Positions 23,803 through 24,000 of a stretch of 24,000 nucleotides of DNA are shown here, piece by piece. The first letter of the stretch is position 1; every line of letters starts with the position of its first letter. Source of the stretch: an uncultured Eubacteriales bacterium (GTDB taxonomy: Bacteria > Bacillota > Clostridia > Oscillospirales > Oscillospiraceae); contig LT599017.1 of the NCBI GenBank assembly GCA_900079765.1, forward strand, positions 3,152,996 through 3,176,995, read 5' to 3'. The translations under genes were made by a program, and so were the position numbers. The notes under the pieces were generated by a model. The model searched no databases. It saw only the letters and a program-made list of their open reading frames with translations, and had not been told where the DNA came from.

Positions 23803-24000
23803 TTAAAATGTTACCCCCGCCCGCAAAACTACATTGGGATAGGGAGAGTACTCTCCCGTACGAATGGCAAACTTACACTGCTGCGTCAGTTCCTTCAGTT
23901 TGCTGTGGGGCATTTTCTCACAGGGACAATCCGCCATCGCGCGCTCGATATGTCTGAGCAGTTTCGGGTTTCTCGCGTCGATCTCCTCGGCGAGGTAATA
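23803..24000 (-). CDS. C-terminal 65 codons of an unidentified protein, upstream of and probably co-transcribed with rbsK
   Basis: My own minus-strand translation gives ...YYLAEEIDARNPKLLRHIERAMADCPCEKMPHSKLKELTQQCKFAIRTGEYSPYPNVVLRAGVTF*. The frame is open to the window edge and the stop is at 23805-23803. The rbsK RBS and start follow 40 nt later. I do not recognise the family. Confidence 0.5.
   Translation of the reverse strand, partial: YYLAEEIDARNPKLLRHIERAMADCPCEKMPHSKLKELTQQCKFAIRTGEYSPYPNVVLRAGVTF

Noticed and set aside
1-24000. Mobile elements, prophage or defence-island content, CRISPR arrays, tRNA or rRNA genes.
   Set aside because: No transposase, integrase or recombinase-like ORFs, terminal inverted repeats, regularly spaced direct repeats or tRNA-like cloverleaf sequences were seen. 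Apart from the low-GC permease and ATPase genes, the window reads as ordinary metabolic and transport chromosome.

Overview
This is a chromosomal, mostly high-GC (about 55-62% by eye) segment from a Gram-positive-type anaerobe. The lineage call rests on lipobox lipoprotein binding proteins, strong GGAGG ribosome-binding sites and a glycyl-radical enzyme; it is probably a high-GC Clostridia/Oscillospiraceae-like organism, but that is inference only. I saw no rRNA, tRNA, CRISPR array, transposase or integrase.

Gene content, left to right:
- A polar amino-acid ABC importer on the minus strand (ATPase, permease, family-3 binding protein). The ATPase gene is cut by the window edge.
- An EstA/esterase-D-like esterase.
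- A GntR/FCD regulator.
- A BMP-family nucleoside/ribonucleoside ABC importer on the minus strand (binding lipoprotein, double ATPase, two permeases), headed by a YczE/YitT-like membrane protein.
- Uridine phosphorylase.
- A three-gene minus-strand module: a Crp/Fnr-family regulator, a short (499 aa) YjjI-type glycyl-radical enzyme, and a YjjW-type radical-SAM activase.
- A DUF2207 membrane protein.
- A GC-rich, hairpin-dense non-coding island of about 320 nt with its own terminator.
- A LivJHMGF-type branched-chain amino-acid ABC importer.
- A NodB polysaccharide deacetylase.
- Ribokinase, and a partial unidentified gene at the right edge.

The best candidate for an undescribed system is the regulator plus YjjI/YjjW glycyl-radical module, whose chemistry is unknown. 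It sits inside a nucleoside uptake and catabolism neighbourhood. The second candidate is the unclassifiable structured RNA-like island upstream of the liv operon. All calls come from reading the sequence and the ORF translations; no database search was possible.
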